Part shown: piece after piece, positions 18,037 through 28,703 of the stretch | How the letters are laid out: each line of letters opens with the position of its first letter | Numbering within the stretch: the stretch's first letter is position 1 | Assembly: GCA_052035405.1 (NCBI GenBank) | Contig: JBPOHQ010000002.1 | Location: forward strand, 334-64,333 | DNA: 64,000 bases | DNA from: Candidatus Nomurabacteria bacterium | GTDB lineage: Bacteria > Patescibacteriota > Minisyncoccia > Phycocordibacterales > UBA9973 | Direction: 5' to 3' | Notes under the pieces: generated by a model | Databases searched by the model: none | Told to the model about the DNA's origin: nothing | Seen by the model: the letters and a program-made list of their open reading frames with translations, nothing else | Program-made: the position numbers and the translations under genes

Positions 18037-19938
18037 ATGAGTAAAATAATAGGTATAGACTTAGGTACGACAAACTCTGCGGTGGCATTCATCGAAGGAG
18101 GAGTACCAAAAATTATTGAAAATGTCGAAGGTGTGCGAACGACTCCGAGTATTGTTTCTATTGCAAAAAATGGAGACAGACTCGTCGGACTTCTCGCGAA
18201 GCGTCAGGCAGTGACCAACCCAGAAAATACCATCTACGGTATCAAGAGATTTATGGGTCACAATTTTGAAGATCCAGAAGTGCAGAAAGATTTAAAGAAT
18301 ATGTCTTTCAAGATTCAGAAAGGTGCAAACGGTGGCGTCGAAGTAAAGATCGGAGACAAGTGGATGCGTCCAGAAGAAGTCTCAGCGATGATACTCGGCA
18401 AGATTAAGGCAGACGTAGAAGCAAAGCTCGGAGAGAAAATCACTGAAGCAGTCATCACTGTGCCAGCATACTTTAACGATGCACAAAGAAAGGCAACCAA
18501 AGATGCAGGAGCTATCGCAGGACTTGATGTAAAAAGAATTATCAACGAGCCTACCGCTGCAGCACTTGCGTATGGATTTAATAAAAAGAAAAATGAAAAG
18601 ATTGTTGTGTACGACTTTGGAGGAGGAACATTTGATGTATCCGTACTTGAGATAGGTGATGATGTTATTGAAGTAAAATCTACTGATGGAGACTCTCACC
18701 TTGGAGGTCGTGATATAGACCACAAGATTATTAATTGGATTGCAGAAGAATTCAAAAAGACTTCTGGAGTAGACGTCCGTAAAGACGCCCTCGCTCTTCA
18801 GAGACTTGATGAAGCTGCTGAAAAAGCAAAAATTGAACTCTCTACAGCTATTGAGACTGAAATAAATATTCCATTTATCACTTCTACTGCAGAAGGTCCA
18901 CAACACTTACTTTTGAAAATGACTCGTGCACAACTCGAGTCTATCGCAGACGAATACATTACTCGCTCAATAGAGATCACAAAGCGTGCAATGAGTGCTT
19001 CAGGATTTAAGATGGAAGAGATGAATGAGATCATCATGGTCGGAGGTCAGACTCGTATGCCAAAGATTCTCGAAGAAGTAAAGAAAGTATTTGGTAAGAC
19101 TCCAAACCTCACTATCAATCCAGATGAAGTCGTAGCCCTTGGTGCTGCAGTGCAAGCTGGAGTATTGCAAGGAGATGTGCGAGATGTATTACTTCTCGAC
19201 GTCATCCCGCTATCTCTCGGTATTGAGACTCTTGGAGGCGTAGCTACCAAGCTTATCGAAAGAAACACTACTATCCCTGCAAGTAAGTCTCAAGTATTCT
19301 CTACTGCTGCGGACAATCAGACTAGTGTAGAAATTCACATAGTCCAAGGAGAACGACCAATGGCAAGCGACAACAAATCTCTCGGAAGATTTATCTTGGA
19401 CGGCGTCCCACCAGCACCACGCGGAATTCCACAAGTTGAAGTCTCATTTGATGTAGACGTAAACGGAATACTAAACGTAACTGCAAAAGATAAAGCATCT
19501 GGAAAAGCGAACTCTATCAAGATTGAAGCAAGTTCAGGATTGAAAGAAGAAGATATTAAGAAGATGCAACAAGACGCAGAACTTCACGCCGAAGAAGATA
19601 AGAAAAAGAAAGAAGTTGTTGAAATTAAGAATACTGCTGAGATGATCATGTATACAGCTGAGAAGTCTCTTAAAGAAAATGAAGCGAAGCTTCCTGAAGA
19701 CGTAAAGACTGGAGTTCAAGGTAAAATCGACGCATTGAAAGCAGTGAAAGACGGATCTGATGCAGACGCTATCAAGAAAGCGACAGAAGAACTTTCAAAC
19801 GAAATGTCGAAGATCGGTGAAGCGATGGCGAAAGCAGGTGGAACAGAAGGAGCAGCACCAGAAGGTAATACTACTCCAGAAGAACAACCAGCCGAAGTCT
19901 GCGACGCAGAAACAAACGAAGGAGAAAATAAAGCCTAA
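18037..19938 (+). CDS. dnaK: Chaperone DnaK (Hsp70).
   Basis: [23 protein letters not shown], canonical Hsp70 nucleotide-binding and substrate-binding domains, and an acidic C-tail. Confidence 0.95.
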   Translation: MSKIIGIDLGTTNSAVAFIEGGVPKIIENVEGVRTTPSIVSIAKNGDRLVGLLAKRQAVTNPENTIYGIKRFMGHNFEDPEVQKDLKNMSFKIQKGANGGVEVKIGDKWMRPEEVSAMILGKIKADVEAKLGEKITEAVITVPAYFNDAQRKATKDAGAIAGLDVKRIINEPTAAALAYGFNKKKNEKIVVYDFGGGTFDVSVLEIGDDVIEVKSTDGDSHLGGRDIDHKIINWIAEEFKKTSGVDVRKDALALQRLDEAAEKAKIELSTAIETEINIPFITSTAEGPQHLLLKMTRAQLESIADEYITRSIEITKRAMSASGFKMEEMNEIIMVGGQTRMPKILEEVKKVFGKTPNLTINPDEVVALGAAVQAGVLQGDVRDVLLLDVIPLSLGIETLGGVATKLIERNTTIPASKSQVFSTAADNQTSVEIHIVQGERPMASDNKSLGRFILDGVPPAPRGIPQVEVSFDVDVNGILNVTAKDKASGKANSIKIEASSGLKEEDIKKMQQDAELHAEEDKKKKEVVEIKNTAEMIMYTAEKSLKENEAKLPEDVKTGVQGKIDALKAVKDGSDADAIKKATEELSNEMSKIGEAMAKAGGTEGAAPEGNTTPEEQPAEVCDAETNEGENKA

Positions 19939-19943
19939 AATAA

Positions 19944-19970
19944 AAGCCCCATTTGGGGCTTTTATTTATT
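19944..19970 (+). terminator. Rho-independent terminator after dnaK.
   Basis: aagcccc-attt-ggggctt hairpin followed by TTTATTTATT. Confidence 0.65.
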
Positions 19971-19992
19971 ACAAACACATTAAATTAATACA

Positions 19993-20766
19993 ATGACAAA
20001 AAAACTAATAAAAAACTCTGAGAATAATTTACCACCCCCGACCCCTGAAAAATTGACATGGCATCTTGGATTAAGCTTATTCAAAAATCGAGTTTTTAAG
20101 ATACGAACTACTAAAGGTTGGGGTACTGGATTTTTAATTAGTAATTACGATAATGGTGATCTTTGTGCAATCGCTACAGCCTATCATGTAATTAATGTGG
20201 CTCACGATTGGGGTGAACCTATTAAATTAATTCACGAAGGAACAGGTAAAGAGATATACTTGAAAAAAGAAGAAGATCGAGCAATTCTTCTTTATCCAAC
20301 AAAGGACTTGGCTGTAATTCTTTTCAAATTACCAAATGATTTAGATTTGCCACAGGAACCAATTGAATATGTTTCGGCACAGAACTATTTGGTTCCTGGT
20401 GTTGAAGTGGGATGGTGTGGCTTTCCGAATGTAAGAGATGACAAACTTTGTTTTTTTCATGGATATGTTAGTTGTTATCTTGATCAAGAAGGAGATTATT
20501 TAATTGATGGAGTAGCAATACATGGTGTTAGTGGAGGGCCAGTTTTTTATATTGATAATTTCACAAATAAACTTACTGTTGCAGGTGTAATTACACAATA
20601 TATAGCAAATCGCGCTACGGGAGAAAGCTTACCGGGGGTAAGTATGATTACCTCCATTGCTCCATGTGAGGAGACTATAAAAAACTTAAAAAATCTTAGT
20701 GAGGCAAAAAAGGAAGAAAAAGAACAAAAAACGACTGAGATAAAAACATTAGATGAGGGTAACTAA
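19993..20766 (+). CDS. Trypsin-like (chymotrypsin-fold) serine peptidase, probably cytoplasmic.
   Basis: Catalytic triad in H-D-S order: AYHVINVAH, KDLAVILF, GVSGGPVF (GDSGGP variant). No signal peptide. Confidence 0.65.
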   Translation: MTKKLIKNSENNLPPPTPEKLTWHLGLSLFKNRVFKIRTTKGWGTGFLISNYDNGDLCAIATAYHVINVAHDWGEPIKLIHEGTGKEIYLKKEEDRAILLYPTKDLAVILFKLPNDLDLPQEPIEYVSAQNYLVPGVEVGWCGFPNVRDDKLCFFHGYVSCYLDQEGDYLIDGVAIHGVSGGPVFYIDNFTNKLTVAGVITQYIANRATGESLPGVSMITSIAPCEETIKNLKNLSEAKKEEKEQKTTEIKTLDEGN

Positions 20767-20841
20767 AATTTTTAGTTTTACTTCTTAACATATAACTAGT
20801 AAGGATTGTCCTAACGAAAGGGGTAAGACATAAATAAAATA

Positions 20842-21181
20842 ATGAAAGTAACAAAAAAATCAAATGAATCTTTTGTGCGTGAAGATGCTCACGGTGGAAG
20901 TGGTGGTAGAAAGTTGTTGTTAGCTGACAACGAAATGAAAAATGTGCAGGGGGATGACTCATGGATTCTTGCCTCCTGGTTCAAAGTTTGAATGGCACAA
21001 CCACGACAAATTGAATGAAGTAATGTATGTCCTAAAAGGCGAGGGTACAGTCCGTGATGAAGACGGTATTTATCCATACAATGCTGGAGATGTTTTTATT
21101 TTTCCTGAAGGTATTTACCACGAAATTGAAAATACTTCTAACGAAGAACATGAATATATATTCGTAAGGGTTTATTTATAA
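20842..21181 (+). pseudogene. Cupin-domain protein interrupted by a single-base frameshift in a G5 run (a sequencing error is also possible).
   Basis: The frame from 20842 gives MKVTKKSNESFVREDAHGGSGGRKLLLADNEMKNVQG… and then stops. The +1 frame from 20942 continues …MTHGFLPPGSKFEWHNHDKLNEVMYVLKGEGTV…AGDVFIFPEGIYHEIEN (cupin motifs 1 and 2). The junction is at GGGGG 20949-20953. Confidence 0.55.
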
Positions 21182-21257
21182 TTTACTAAAACGGTTTTTA
21201 GTAGAAAAAGGCTTTTTTGTTTTGGTAAAAGATACTACTGAGTGATATAATTCTTCT

Positions 21258-23465
21258 ATGGCAATAGAAGGACTACCGGAGAATAAAGATATAACATATC
21301 TCGGATATTCTACGTACAGAGATCAAAATAAACTTTTTGGTATTAAGCGACGTGATCGTCGTCAGCATACCTACGTACTTGGAAAGTCCGGTACTGGTAA
21401 GTCTGCACTCATGTTCAATATGATCATTCAGAATGTTATGAATGGTGAAGGTGTGTGCGTCATAGACCCTCACGGTGAGCTCGTAGAAAGTGTTCTCTCA
21501 GCTATCCCTCCGCATCGCGTAAAAGACGTCGTGTATTTCAACCCTGCAGATATTGACTATCATATTGGTTTTAATGTATTGGAAATCGTTGACCCTCGAT
21601 ATAAAAACCTTGTCTCTTCAGGACTCATGGGAATATTTACAAAGATCTGGGCGAACGCTTGGTCTGCTCGTATGGAATACATCTTGAACAATACTATCCT
21701 AGCGTTGCTTGATACTCCTGAGACGACTCTTCTCGGGGTGACTCGTATGCTCGTGGACAAAGAATACAGACAGAAAATTATTTCTAATCTAAAGGATCCA
21801 GTTATTAAAGCTTTTTGGATTCACGAATACGAAGCATGGCAAGATAAATTCAGAAATGAAGCTATTGCTCCGATTCAAAACAAAGTTGGTCAGTTCCTTT
21901 CTTCTGCGATTATTCGTAATGTCGTCGGGCAAGCAAAAAGCACTATCAACATTTTCGACATCATGAACGAAGGAAAGATATTCCTCGTGAACGTTTCCAA
22001 GGGTCGTATCGGTGAAGATAACTCCCGACTCATCGGAGGAATGCTCATCACCAAGTTGCAGCTTGCTGCGATGGAGCGTGTGCGTATCCCAGAAGACGAA
22101 CGTAAAGACTTCTACTTGTATGTGGACGAATTCCAAAACTTCGTGACGGATTCATTTGCTTCTATCCTTTCTGAAGCTCGTAAATACCGCCTGAACCTCA
22201 TCGTGGCTCACCAGTATACTGCTCAGTTGGTGACAAAAGAAAGTTCTAATGTCCGTGATGCTATTTTCGGTAACGTCGGAACCATGATTATCTTTCGTGT
22301 TGGTGCAGACGATGCAGATTTTTTGGAAAAAGAGTTTATGCCTGAGTTTACCCCTGAGGACATTGTGAATCTTCCTAACTATAAAATTTATCTGAAGCTC
22401 ATGATAAACGGTATTACCTCACGTCCTTTTTCTGCAAAAACTTTACCGCCTTTGGTTAAAGGAGGCAATAAGGATATCGAAGAAATGGTGATCAATTCTT
22501 CTCGAGCGTTATATTGTAAACCAAGAGAAGAAGTAGAGAGAGATATCAATGAATGGAGTGGAGTCTCAGCTACTGGCGACTCAGGTAACAGTGGAGGATC
22601 TAATTCCTCTAACTTTACAGGAGAGAAGTTTACTACTGTATGTTCTATTTGCGGAAAAGAAACGACCGTTCCTTTCAAGCCTGAAGCAGGCCGCCCTGTG
22701 TACTGTAAGGACTGTATCGCAAAGATTAAAGCAGGAGAGATGAAGCCTATAAAAAGTAATTTCAAAGATCAGAGAATTGATGAAGCGAAATACCACAAAC
22801 CTCTTTCAGACTTGGGTATAGAGTTTGTTTCTCTTGATGAAAAAAGTAATAGGCCTATAAATGAACCTGCTCAACAAAAGCCGCAGAATCCTGGAAGACC
22901 AGTTGGTAATCCCTCTCTTAGGCAGAGACCAAATACGCACCAAAAGCCTGGTGTTCTTAGTGGAATAAAAAATGTATTCAATAAAAAGCCGGAGCAAGAG
23001 GTGAGGTCTAAGACTGTGCATGTGCCCGGTATGAATCTAGGCCTCAAAGATGCCCTCAATAAAGCCCTTTCAGAAAAGACTATTACCGAAGTTCCACCTG
23101 GGATTACTCCTAAAAAAGAAGCTATGGCAAAGGCACCTGAGCCTACACCTATCTCACTTGCATCTTTACGACCTACTCCGGCTCCTAGTGCACTGTCTTC
23201 AGATAGAGCTGCAAATGCTGATGCGATGAACAAGCTCAAGAGTTTTATTTTTGAAAAAGTTGAAGAACCAGAAACAGAGAAAAAACCAGAACCAGTAAGT
23301 ATTCCAGTACAAGAAAAAGAAGTAGAAAAAGAAATACCAAAACAACCAGAAAAAGTAGAGGAAGATATTCCAGTACATACTCAAACAGACAACAAACAAC
23401 CTGACACGAGTGCAGTAAAACCTAAAGAAGTACCCGAAGAAGTCCTTAGAAAAATTCTAGAATAA
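21258..23465 (+). CDS. Soluble TraG/TraD/VirD4-HerA-like P-loop ATPase with a C-terminal C4 zinc ribbon and a disordered Pro/Glu/Lys-rich tail.
   Basis: Walker A GKSGTGKS, DPHGE, Walker B DFYLYVDEFQN, EARKYRLNLIVAHQY (coupling-protein/HerA-FtsK-like C-terminal motif). No N-terminal TM. Zinc ribbon CSICGKETTVPFKPEAGRPVYCKDC. About 230 aa low-complexity tail. Confidence 0.65.
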   Translation: MAIEGLPENKDITYLGYSTYRDQNKLFGIKRRDRRQHTYVLGKSGTGKSALMFNMIIQNVMNGEGVCVIDPHGELVESVLSAIPPHRVKDVVYFNPADIDYHIGFNVLEIVDPRYKNLVSSGLMGIFTKIWANAWSARMEYILNNTILALLDTPETTLLGVTRMLVDKEYRQKIISNLKDPVIKAFWIHEYEAWQDKFRNEAIAPIQNKVGQFLSSAIIRNVVGQAKSTINIFDIMNEGKIFLVNVSKGRIGEDNSRLIGGMLITKLQLAAMERVRIPEDERKDFYLYVDEFQNFVTDSFASILSEARKYRLNLIVAHQYTAQLVTKESSNVRDAIFGNVGTMIIFRVGADDADFLEKEFMPEFTPEDIVNLPNYKIYLKLMINGITSRPFSAKTLPPLVKGGNKDIEEMVINSSRALYCKPREEVERDINEWSGVSATGDSGNSGGSNSSNFTGEKFTTVCSICGKETTVPFKPEAGRPVYCKDCIAKIKAGEMKPIKSNFKDQRIDEAKYHKPLSDLGIEFVSLDEKSNRPINEPAQQKPQNPGRPVGNPSLRQRPNTHQKPGVLSGIKNVFNKKPEQEVRSKTVHVPGMNLGLKDALNKALSEKTITEVPPGITPKKEAMAKAPEPTPISLASLRPTPAPSALSSDRAANADAMNKLKSFIFEKVEEPETEKKPEPVSIPVQEKEVEKEIPKQPEKVEEDIPVHTQTDNKQPDTSAVKPKEVPEEVLRKILE

Positions 23466-23466
23466 T

Positions 23467-24162
23467 TTAGATACCTTGAACGCTTCGATATGTAGCAATA
23501 ATCGCTGCTGTTTCTCCACGCAGTGTTAAGTCTCCTAGAGAGGTAATCGAGAATTTTTGTTCTGCTGCATCTTGGATTTCTTTTGCAGAAAATCCACCTT
23601 CAGGTCCTATGAAGATGCTGATATTTTTCGATTCTTTTTTTGGTGTGTACTCTTCGTGAACTAAGTGAAAGATAATCTTCTCTTCACTTTCTCCGGCGTG
23701 TTTGAGTGCTTGAGCAAAGTCCATGCTCTCAAAGAGTGTTGGGACAATACTTCTACCAGATTGCTCACTCGCTTCTTTGAGTATCTTTTCTAATCTCTCA
23801 GTATTTAATCCAGTCTTGATGGTTCTCTCTGTAATGATGGGTACGATTGTTGAGACTCCGCATTCAGTAGCTTTTTGTACTGCGAGTTCGAAATTATCTT
23901 TTTTGAGTATAGCTAGATACAAAGTCACTTTTCTCTGAGAATCTTCTTTTTGTATGACATCTTTGATTTCGCACACTATTTTATCTGAAAAAAGGGCCGT
24001 GATAGAAGCTTGTGCTTCTCTACCATGTCCATCAGATAAGAGAATTTGTTCACCTATTTCTAGTTTTAATACATTACGTATTTGTTTTACAATTTCAATA
24101 TCTTCAATTGAAAATTCTCCGATAGATAGGTTAAAATTGCTAATAAATCTATGTAATTTCAT
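23467..24162 (-). CDS. rsmE: 16S rRNA (uracil1498-N3)-methyltransferase RsmE.
   Basis: N-terminal PUA-like domain plus SPOUT domain (…IIFHLVHEEY…IGPEGGFSAKE…TSLGDLTLRGETA). Confidence 0.8.
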   Translation of the reverse strand: MKLHRFISNFNLSIGEFSIEDIEIVKQIRNVLKLEIGEQILLSDGHGREAQASITALFSDKIVCEIKDVIQKEDSQRKVTLYLAILKKDNFELAVQKATECGVSTIVPIITERTIKTGLNTERLEKILKEASEQSGRSIVPTLFESMDFAQALKHAGESEEKIIFHLVHEEYTPKKESKNISIFIGPEGGFSAKEIQDAAEQKFSITSLGDLTLRGETAAIIATYRSVQGI

Positions 24163-24190
24163 ATTTTATATGATACACTTAAAGGATAAT

Positions 24191-25585
24191 ATGGCAAATC
24201 CAAATAGAGTACAAATAGTCAAATATGGACCGCCTCCTCCAGAACTCCCAGTCTTCGGTAAAGTGAAACCAGAAGAGGTTTCTTTTATTGGACGTACGAA
24301 TTACGTGGCTGCACTTGAAGAAAAAAAATTTATTTTTGGTATCAAACGTGTTGATCGACGTCGTCATCTCTATGTTATCGGAAAGTCTGGAGTAGGGAAA
24401 ACTAAGCTTTTAGAACTCATGCTCAGACAGGATATAGCATATGGAGAAGGACTATGTCTCTTTGACCCACACGGGGATATGATTGATTCTTTGCTTGATT
24501 TTATCCCAAAAGAGAGAATCGGAGATGTGTGTATTATCGATCCTTCAGATATTGATTTTCCCATATCTTTCAATCCACTTACTGGAGTGGACCCTATGTT
24601 TAAATTTCAGCTAACGCAGGGGTTGATAGAAGTACTACAGAAACAATTTGGGTCTAATTGGAATCCAAAGATAGAACATGTGTTGCGTTTTACGTGTCTT
24701 GCGTTACTTGATTATCCAGAGGCTACCATGCGCGGAATGATATCGATGCTCACAGACAGAGAGTATAGACAAAAAGTTGTTCCTTATATTGAAGACGATA
24801 TGGTAAAAAGATTTTTCGCTGTTGAATTTTCTGATTGGTCTGAAAAGTTTGATAATGATGCGATTATCCCACTCGTAAATAAACTCGGTCAATTCTTGTC
24901 TGATCCACTTCTTCGAAATATTTTTATACAAAAAGAAAATAAAGTAGATCTGACAGTACTCATGAATACTCAAAAAATTGTTTTGATTAATTTATCCAAG
25001 GGTCGTATCGGAGAGGATAACTCATCTTTCTTTGGATCAATGCTTTTGACTAAAATCAAACAAGCGGGTATGGAGCGTGCGAATATTCAAGAAAAAGACA
25101 GAAAAGACTTTTATGTGTACGTGGATGAATTTCAAAATATCATTACTCAGACATTTGAAAATATTTTGTCTGAAGCTCGTAAGTATGGACTCAATCTCAC
25201 CTTTGCTCATCAGTACGTCGCACAAATAAATCCTAAAATCCTGCAAGCGATATTGGGTAACATTGGAAGCATTATTTCTTTTAGAATAGGCGGTGAAGAT
25301 GCTTTAAAATTAAAACCAGAATTTGACCCTGTGTTTGGCGTCAAAGACATGATAAACCTCGGTGTAGGTGAAATGTACATCAAAATGACCATAGATGGCG
25401 AGTCTTATGATCCATTCTCAGCAGAGACCTTAAAGGTTTTGCCACCTCCTCATGAGTCTTATCGAGAGGAGATTATTAAAGCCTCACGTCAAAAATACGC
25501 TATTTCTAAAGGAGATGCGATCAGACAGATAGAAGAAGAGAAAGGGAATGTTGAATCTTCACAGGAGGCTCCTCCTGTGATATAG
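24191..25585 (+). CDS. Paralog of the upstream TraG/VirD4-HerA-like ATPase, short form without ribbon or tail.
   Basis: GKSGVGKT, DPHGD, DFYVYVDEFQN, EARKYGLNLTFAHQY, collinear with 21258-23465. The ATG at 24191 is preferred, because the track start at 23954 overlaps rsmE. Confidence 0.65.
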   Translation: MANPNRVQIVKYGPPPPELPVFGKVKPEEVSFIGRTNYVAALEEKKFIFGIKRVDRRRHLYVIGKSGVGKTKLLELMLRQDIAYGEGLCLFDPHGDMIDSLLDFIPKERIGDVCIIDPSDIDFPISFNPLTGVDPMFKFQLTQGLIEVLQKQFGSNWNPKIEHVLRFTCLALLDYPEATMRGMISMLTDREYRQKVVPYIEDDMVKRFFAVEFSDWSEKFDNDAIIPLVNKLGQFLSDPLLRNIFIQKENKVDLTVLMNTQKIVLINLSKGRIGEDNSSFFGSMLLTKIKQAGMERANIQEKDRKDFYVYVDEFQNIITQTFENILSEARKYGLNLTFAHQYVAQINPKILQAILGNIGSIISFRIGGEDALKLKPEFDPVFGVKDMINLGVGEMYIKMTIDGESYDPFSAETLKVLPPPHESYREEIIKASRQKYAISKGDAIRQIEEEKGNVESSQEAPPVI

Positions 25586-25626
25586 TATCGAAACAATTTT
25601 AATAACTTTTAACAACTTAAAACTAT

Positions 25627-26709
25627 ATGAAAAAAGACTACTACGAAATTTTAGGTGTAAGTAAAAGTTCTTCAAAAGATGAAATCAAGAAGGCTTTTTA
25701 TAAATTAGCACATAAATATCACCCTGATAAAAAAGAAGGTGATGAAAAGAAATTTAAAGAGGTAAATGAAGCATATCAGGTCCTTTCTGATGATGCTAAA
25801 CGTTCTCAGTACGACCAATATGGAGCTGGATTTGAGAACATGGGTGGCGGAGCTGGGTATGGTCAACAGCAAGGAGGATTCGGAGGTTTTGACTTTTCTG
25901 GTTTTCAAAATGGCGGAGCTGATTTTGATTTAAACGACATCTTCAGTGATTTCTTTGGTGGAGGTATGGGAGGAGGAAGACAACAAGCTCGCCGCGGAAG
26001 AGATATCTCTACTGAGATACAGATTTCTTTTGCTGATTCTGTTTTTGGTGTTGATAGGAAAATTTTACTTACAAAGACTTCTTCATGTCTAACCTGTAAT
26101 GGAAAAGGTGCAAAACCTGGAACTAAGATGGATACCTGTAAGACATGTAATGGTCAAGGTCAGGTACGTGAAGCAAAGAGAACAATACTCGGAACTATCT
26201 CGACGACAAAGATTTGTGAGACTTGTTTTGGAGCTGGAGAAATGCCAAAGGAGCCATGTGAAAAATGCAAAGGCAAAGGAGTGCTTCGTAGAGAAGAAGA
26301 GATCGATATAGCTATCCCAGGAGGTATCCGAGACGGCGAAATGATCCGCATGACGGGCATGGGTGAAGCTGTTTCAAAAGGTGCGACAGGGGACTTGTAC
26401 ATCAAGATAAACGTTGCTCCACATGCAGTGTTTAAACGCGATGGTAATGACCTCACCATGGGGCTTAACTTAAAACTTACTGATGCATTGCTTGGTACAA
26501 AACATCAAATAGAGACCCTCGATGGAAAGATTGAGGTTACTATTCCTGAAGGAGTAGGTATGAACGAAGTTCTTCGAGTAAAAGGCAAAGGAGTATCTAG
26601 TAAAGGCAAGCGTGGAGATCTACTTATAAAACTCAACATAAAACTTCCAACAAAACTTTCCCGTAAAGAAAGAGAGCTAATAGAACAACTAAAAAAAGAA
26701 GGGATTTAG
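25627..26709 (+). CDS. dnaJ: Chaperone DnaJ (Hsp40).
   Basis: J domain (YHPDK), G/F-rich linker, four CxxCxGxG zinc-finger repeats, C-terminal domains. Confidence 0.9.
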   Translation: MKKDYYEILGVSKSSSKDEIKKAFYKLAHKYHPDKKEGDEKKFKEVNEAYQVLSDDAKRSQYDQYGAGFENMGGGAGYGQQQGGFGGFDFSGFQNGGADFDLNDIFSDFFGGGMGGGRQQARRGRDISTEIQISFADSVFGVDRKILLTKTSSCLTCNGKGAKPGTKMDTCKTCNGQGQVREAKRTILGTISTTKICETCFGAGEMPKEPCEKCKGKGVLRREEEIDIAIPGGIRDGEMIRMTGMGEAVSKGATGDLYIKINVAPHAVFKRDGNDLTMGLNLKLTDALLGTKHQIETLDGKIEVTIPEGVGMNEVLRVKGKGVSSKGKRGDLLIKLNIKLPTKLSRKERELIEQLKKEGI

Positions 26710-27797
26710 TTTATATATCCTTTCTTTACTAATAATTCAGCATTAAGTATCCCTCCACCTGCGGCACCGCGGACTGTGTTGTGAGAGAGGGCTACAAATT
26801 TATAGTCGAAGATATTGCATTCTCGAAGACGGCCTATGGTAACAGCCATGCCTTTGTCAGTATTTCTATCTTTGCTTGGCTGCGGTCTATTTTCTTCACT
26901 TGTGTAATGTATTGGTTGTACCGGAGCGAAAGGAAGCTCGAGTTCTTGAGGAACACTTTTGAAGTTTTTCCAGATTTCTAATATTTGTTCTTTAGATGGT
27001 TTTTTGTCTTTGAATAAAATATTCACTGTAGCAGTGTGTCCATCTGTGACTGGTACGCGAGTACAGGTAGCAGAAATCTTTAAACTATCTCTGTTTACAA
27101 ATTTTCCATCAACAATTTTCCCAAGAATTTTTAATGGTTCTTTTTCTGTCTTTTCTTCTTCGCCTCCTATGAACGGTACAATATTATCAATCATATCGAG
27201 TGAAGGTACTCCAGGGTATCCTGCACCAGATACTGCTTGCATGGTGGTGATCATTATTTTTTCTATTTCGTATCCTGCTTGTTCTAAGGCATATATCGGA
27301 GTGAGGTAACTCTGTAGTGAGCAGTTTGGTTTTACCGCAATAAATCCTTTATCCCAACCATGATTTTTCTTTTGTATTTCTATTATATTGGCATGATCTG
27401 CATTTATCTCGGGAATGAGCATTGGTACATCTTCTGTCCATCTATTTGCAGATGCGTTGGATACAACAGGGAGCCCAGCTTCGGCGTATTTCTTTTCTGT
27501 TTCTTTAACGAGTTCTTTGTCTGGCATCTCAAAAGCAGAAAATACAAAGTCGCAAATTTCTTTTGCTTTATCAATATTCGCTACGTCTTCTACTATTAGA
27601 TCCGCAACATTTTCTGGAATAGGTGAGTGCATCTGCCATCGTCCTTTTACTGACTCTCCATAACTTACTCCAGCAGAGTTTGCTGATGCAGCGACGTAGG
27701 CGACATCAAACCAAGGATGATTCTCGAGTAGTCTTATATAGTTTTGTCCGACCATTCCCGTCGCTCCCAATACTCCTACTTTAAATTTTTTAGTCAT
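26706..27797 (-). CDS. asd: Aspartate-semialdehyde dehydrogenase.
   Basis: [15 protein letters not shown]-binding motif, active-site Cys region (NCSLQ) and H in the catalytic domain. Archaeal/fungal-type Asd length. Confidence 0.85.
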   Translation of the reverse strand: MTKKFKVGVLGATGMVGQNYIRLLENHPWFDVAYVAASANSAGVSYGESVKGRWQMHSPIPENVADLIVEDVANIDKAKEICDFVFSAFEMPDKELVKETEKKYAEAGLPVVSNASANRWTEDVPMLIPEINADHANIIEIQKKNHGWDKGFIAVKPNCSLQSYLTPIYALEQAGYEIEKIMITTMQAVSGAGYPGVPSLDMIDNIVPFIGGEEEKTEKEPLKILGKIVDGKFVNRDSLKISATCTRVPVTDGHTATVNILFKDKKPSKEQILEIWKNFKSVPQELELPFAPVQPIHYTSEENRPQPSKDRNTDKGMAVTIGRLRECNIFDYKFVALSHNTVRGAAGGGILNAELLVKKGYIN

Positions 27798-27996
27798 TTT
27801 ATTTTTTCTAAGTTAAATTAATTTACCCTTTAAATATATAGTTTTTTTGTAGAAAAATCTATAATATAGACATTGACTTTTTTAATTTTATGTGCTATTA
27901 ATAAACTTAATAAATTCTTTGAAATAAATAGGCAAATTTGGTTACAGCTACTAGATACGTTATAAATAAAGTATTTAATAGCTGTAACCATCTTGG

Positions 27997-28659
27997 ATGC
28001 AGTTCCTTCTCGGAGTAGAGAAAATTACCCAGTTGCAACGTAGCATAATGGGCAAAATTCTATTTATCATGGCAAAAGAAAATAATTTCGCTGCTGCAAA
28101 CTTAACTTTTGGTCAATTAAATGCCCTCGTAAAAAAAATGGGTGGCGAACAAAAAGTTCTGGACTTTTTAGCTGGTCGGTTACTTCTTACTAATTTTTTT
28201 GACTACAAAGATGGTATCGTGTATTTAAAAATAGAGCATCCTGCTCTTATAACAAAGTCTGAATGGGAAATACAACTTGGAGATCGGCTTAAACAAATCC
28301 CTCAAAAGTTTATTCGTCGTCTTGAAATCGCACAAAGTTACCATACCTTTGATAAAATCGAAGTGTGCGTCTTTAAAAAGAGACTCGATGATGGTGAAAT
28401 GCGTAGCTTTAATGTTTTTAAACCAAAACCAAGTTTAGTATTTCAACTACAGAAAGTTATTCCAGATAATGGAATATTACTGATGGGATATACTGAATTA
28501 TTGGTCATGCATGAACCAATTTCACGGACAGGTTACCGTCAAAGCCCTGCCCAAATGGGTCTCCTTTTAGGAGGAAGTGTCACTCTTGAAAATTTTCGAG
28601 GGAAACACGAGCGTCATCATCAAGGAACAGGTTTTGTGTATGTAAAAAATAAAAATTAA
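27997..28659 (+). CDS. Hypothetical protein.
   Basis: 220 aa with no motif. Alternative start at 28048. A 12-bp inverted repeat lies immediately upstream. Confidence 0.4.
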   Translation: MQFLLGVEKITQLQRSIMGKILFIMAKENNFAAANLTFGQLNALVKKMGGEQKVLDFLAGRLLLTNFFDYKDGIVYLKIEHPALITKSEWEIQLGDRLKQIPQKFIRRLEIAQSYHTFDKIEVCVFKKRLDDGEMRSFNVFKPKPSLVFQLQKVIPDNGILLMGYTELLVMHEPISRTGYRQSPAQMGLLLGGSVTLENFRGKHERHHQGTGFVYVKNKN

Positions 28660-28668
28660 CAATTTGGC

Positions 28669-28694
28669 CGTGTCTTTGTAATGAGGACACGGCT
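28669..28694. terminator. Hairpin between convergent genes, a possible bidirectional terminator.
   Basis: gccgtgtc-tttgtaatgag-gacacggc, flanked by T/A-rich runs. Confidence 0.4.
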
Positions 28695-28703
28695 ATTTAA
28701 ATT

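Noticed and set aside
22900-23465. Possible tandem DNA repeats underlying the Pro/Glu/Lys-rich tail.
   Set aside because: The amino-acid composition is biased, but there are no exact nucleotide tandem repeat units. It is a low-complexity coding region, not a repeat array.
23954-24190. ORF-track N-terminal extension of the second ATPase paralog.
   Set aside because: It overlaps rsmE on the opposite strand by about 200 nt, and its sequence is unrelated to the paralog's N-terminus. The ATG at 24191 aligns with the start of copy 1.
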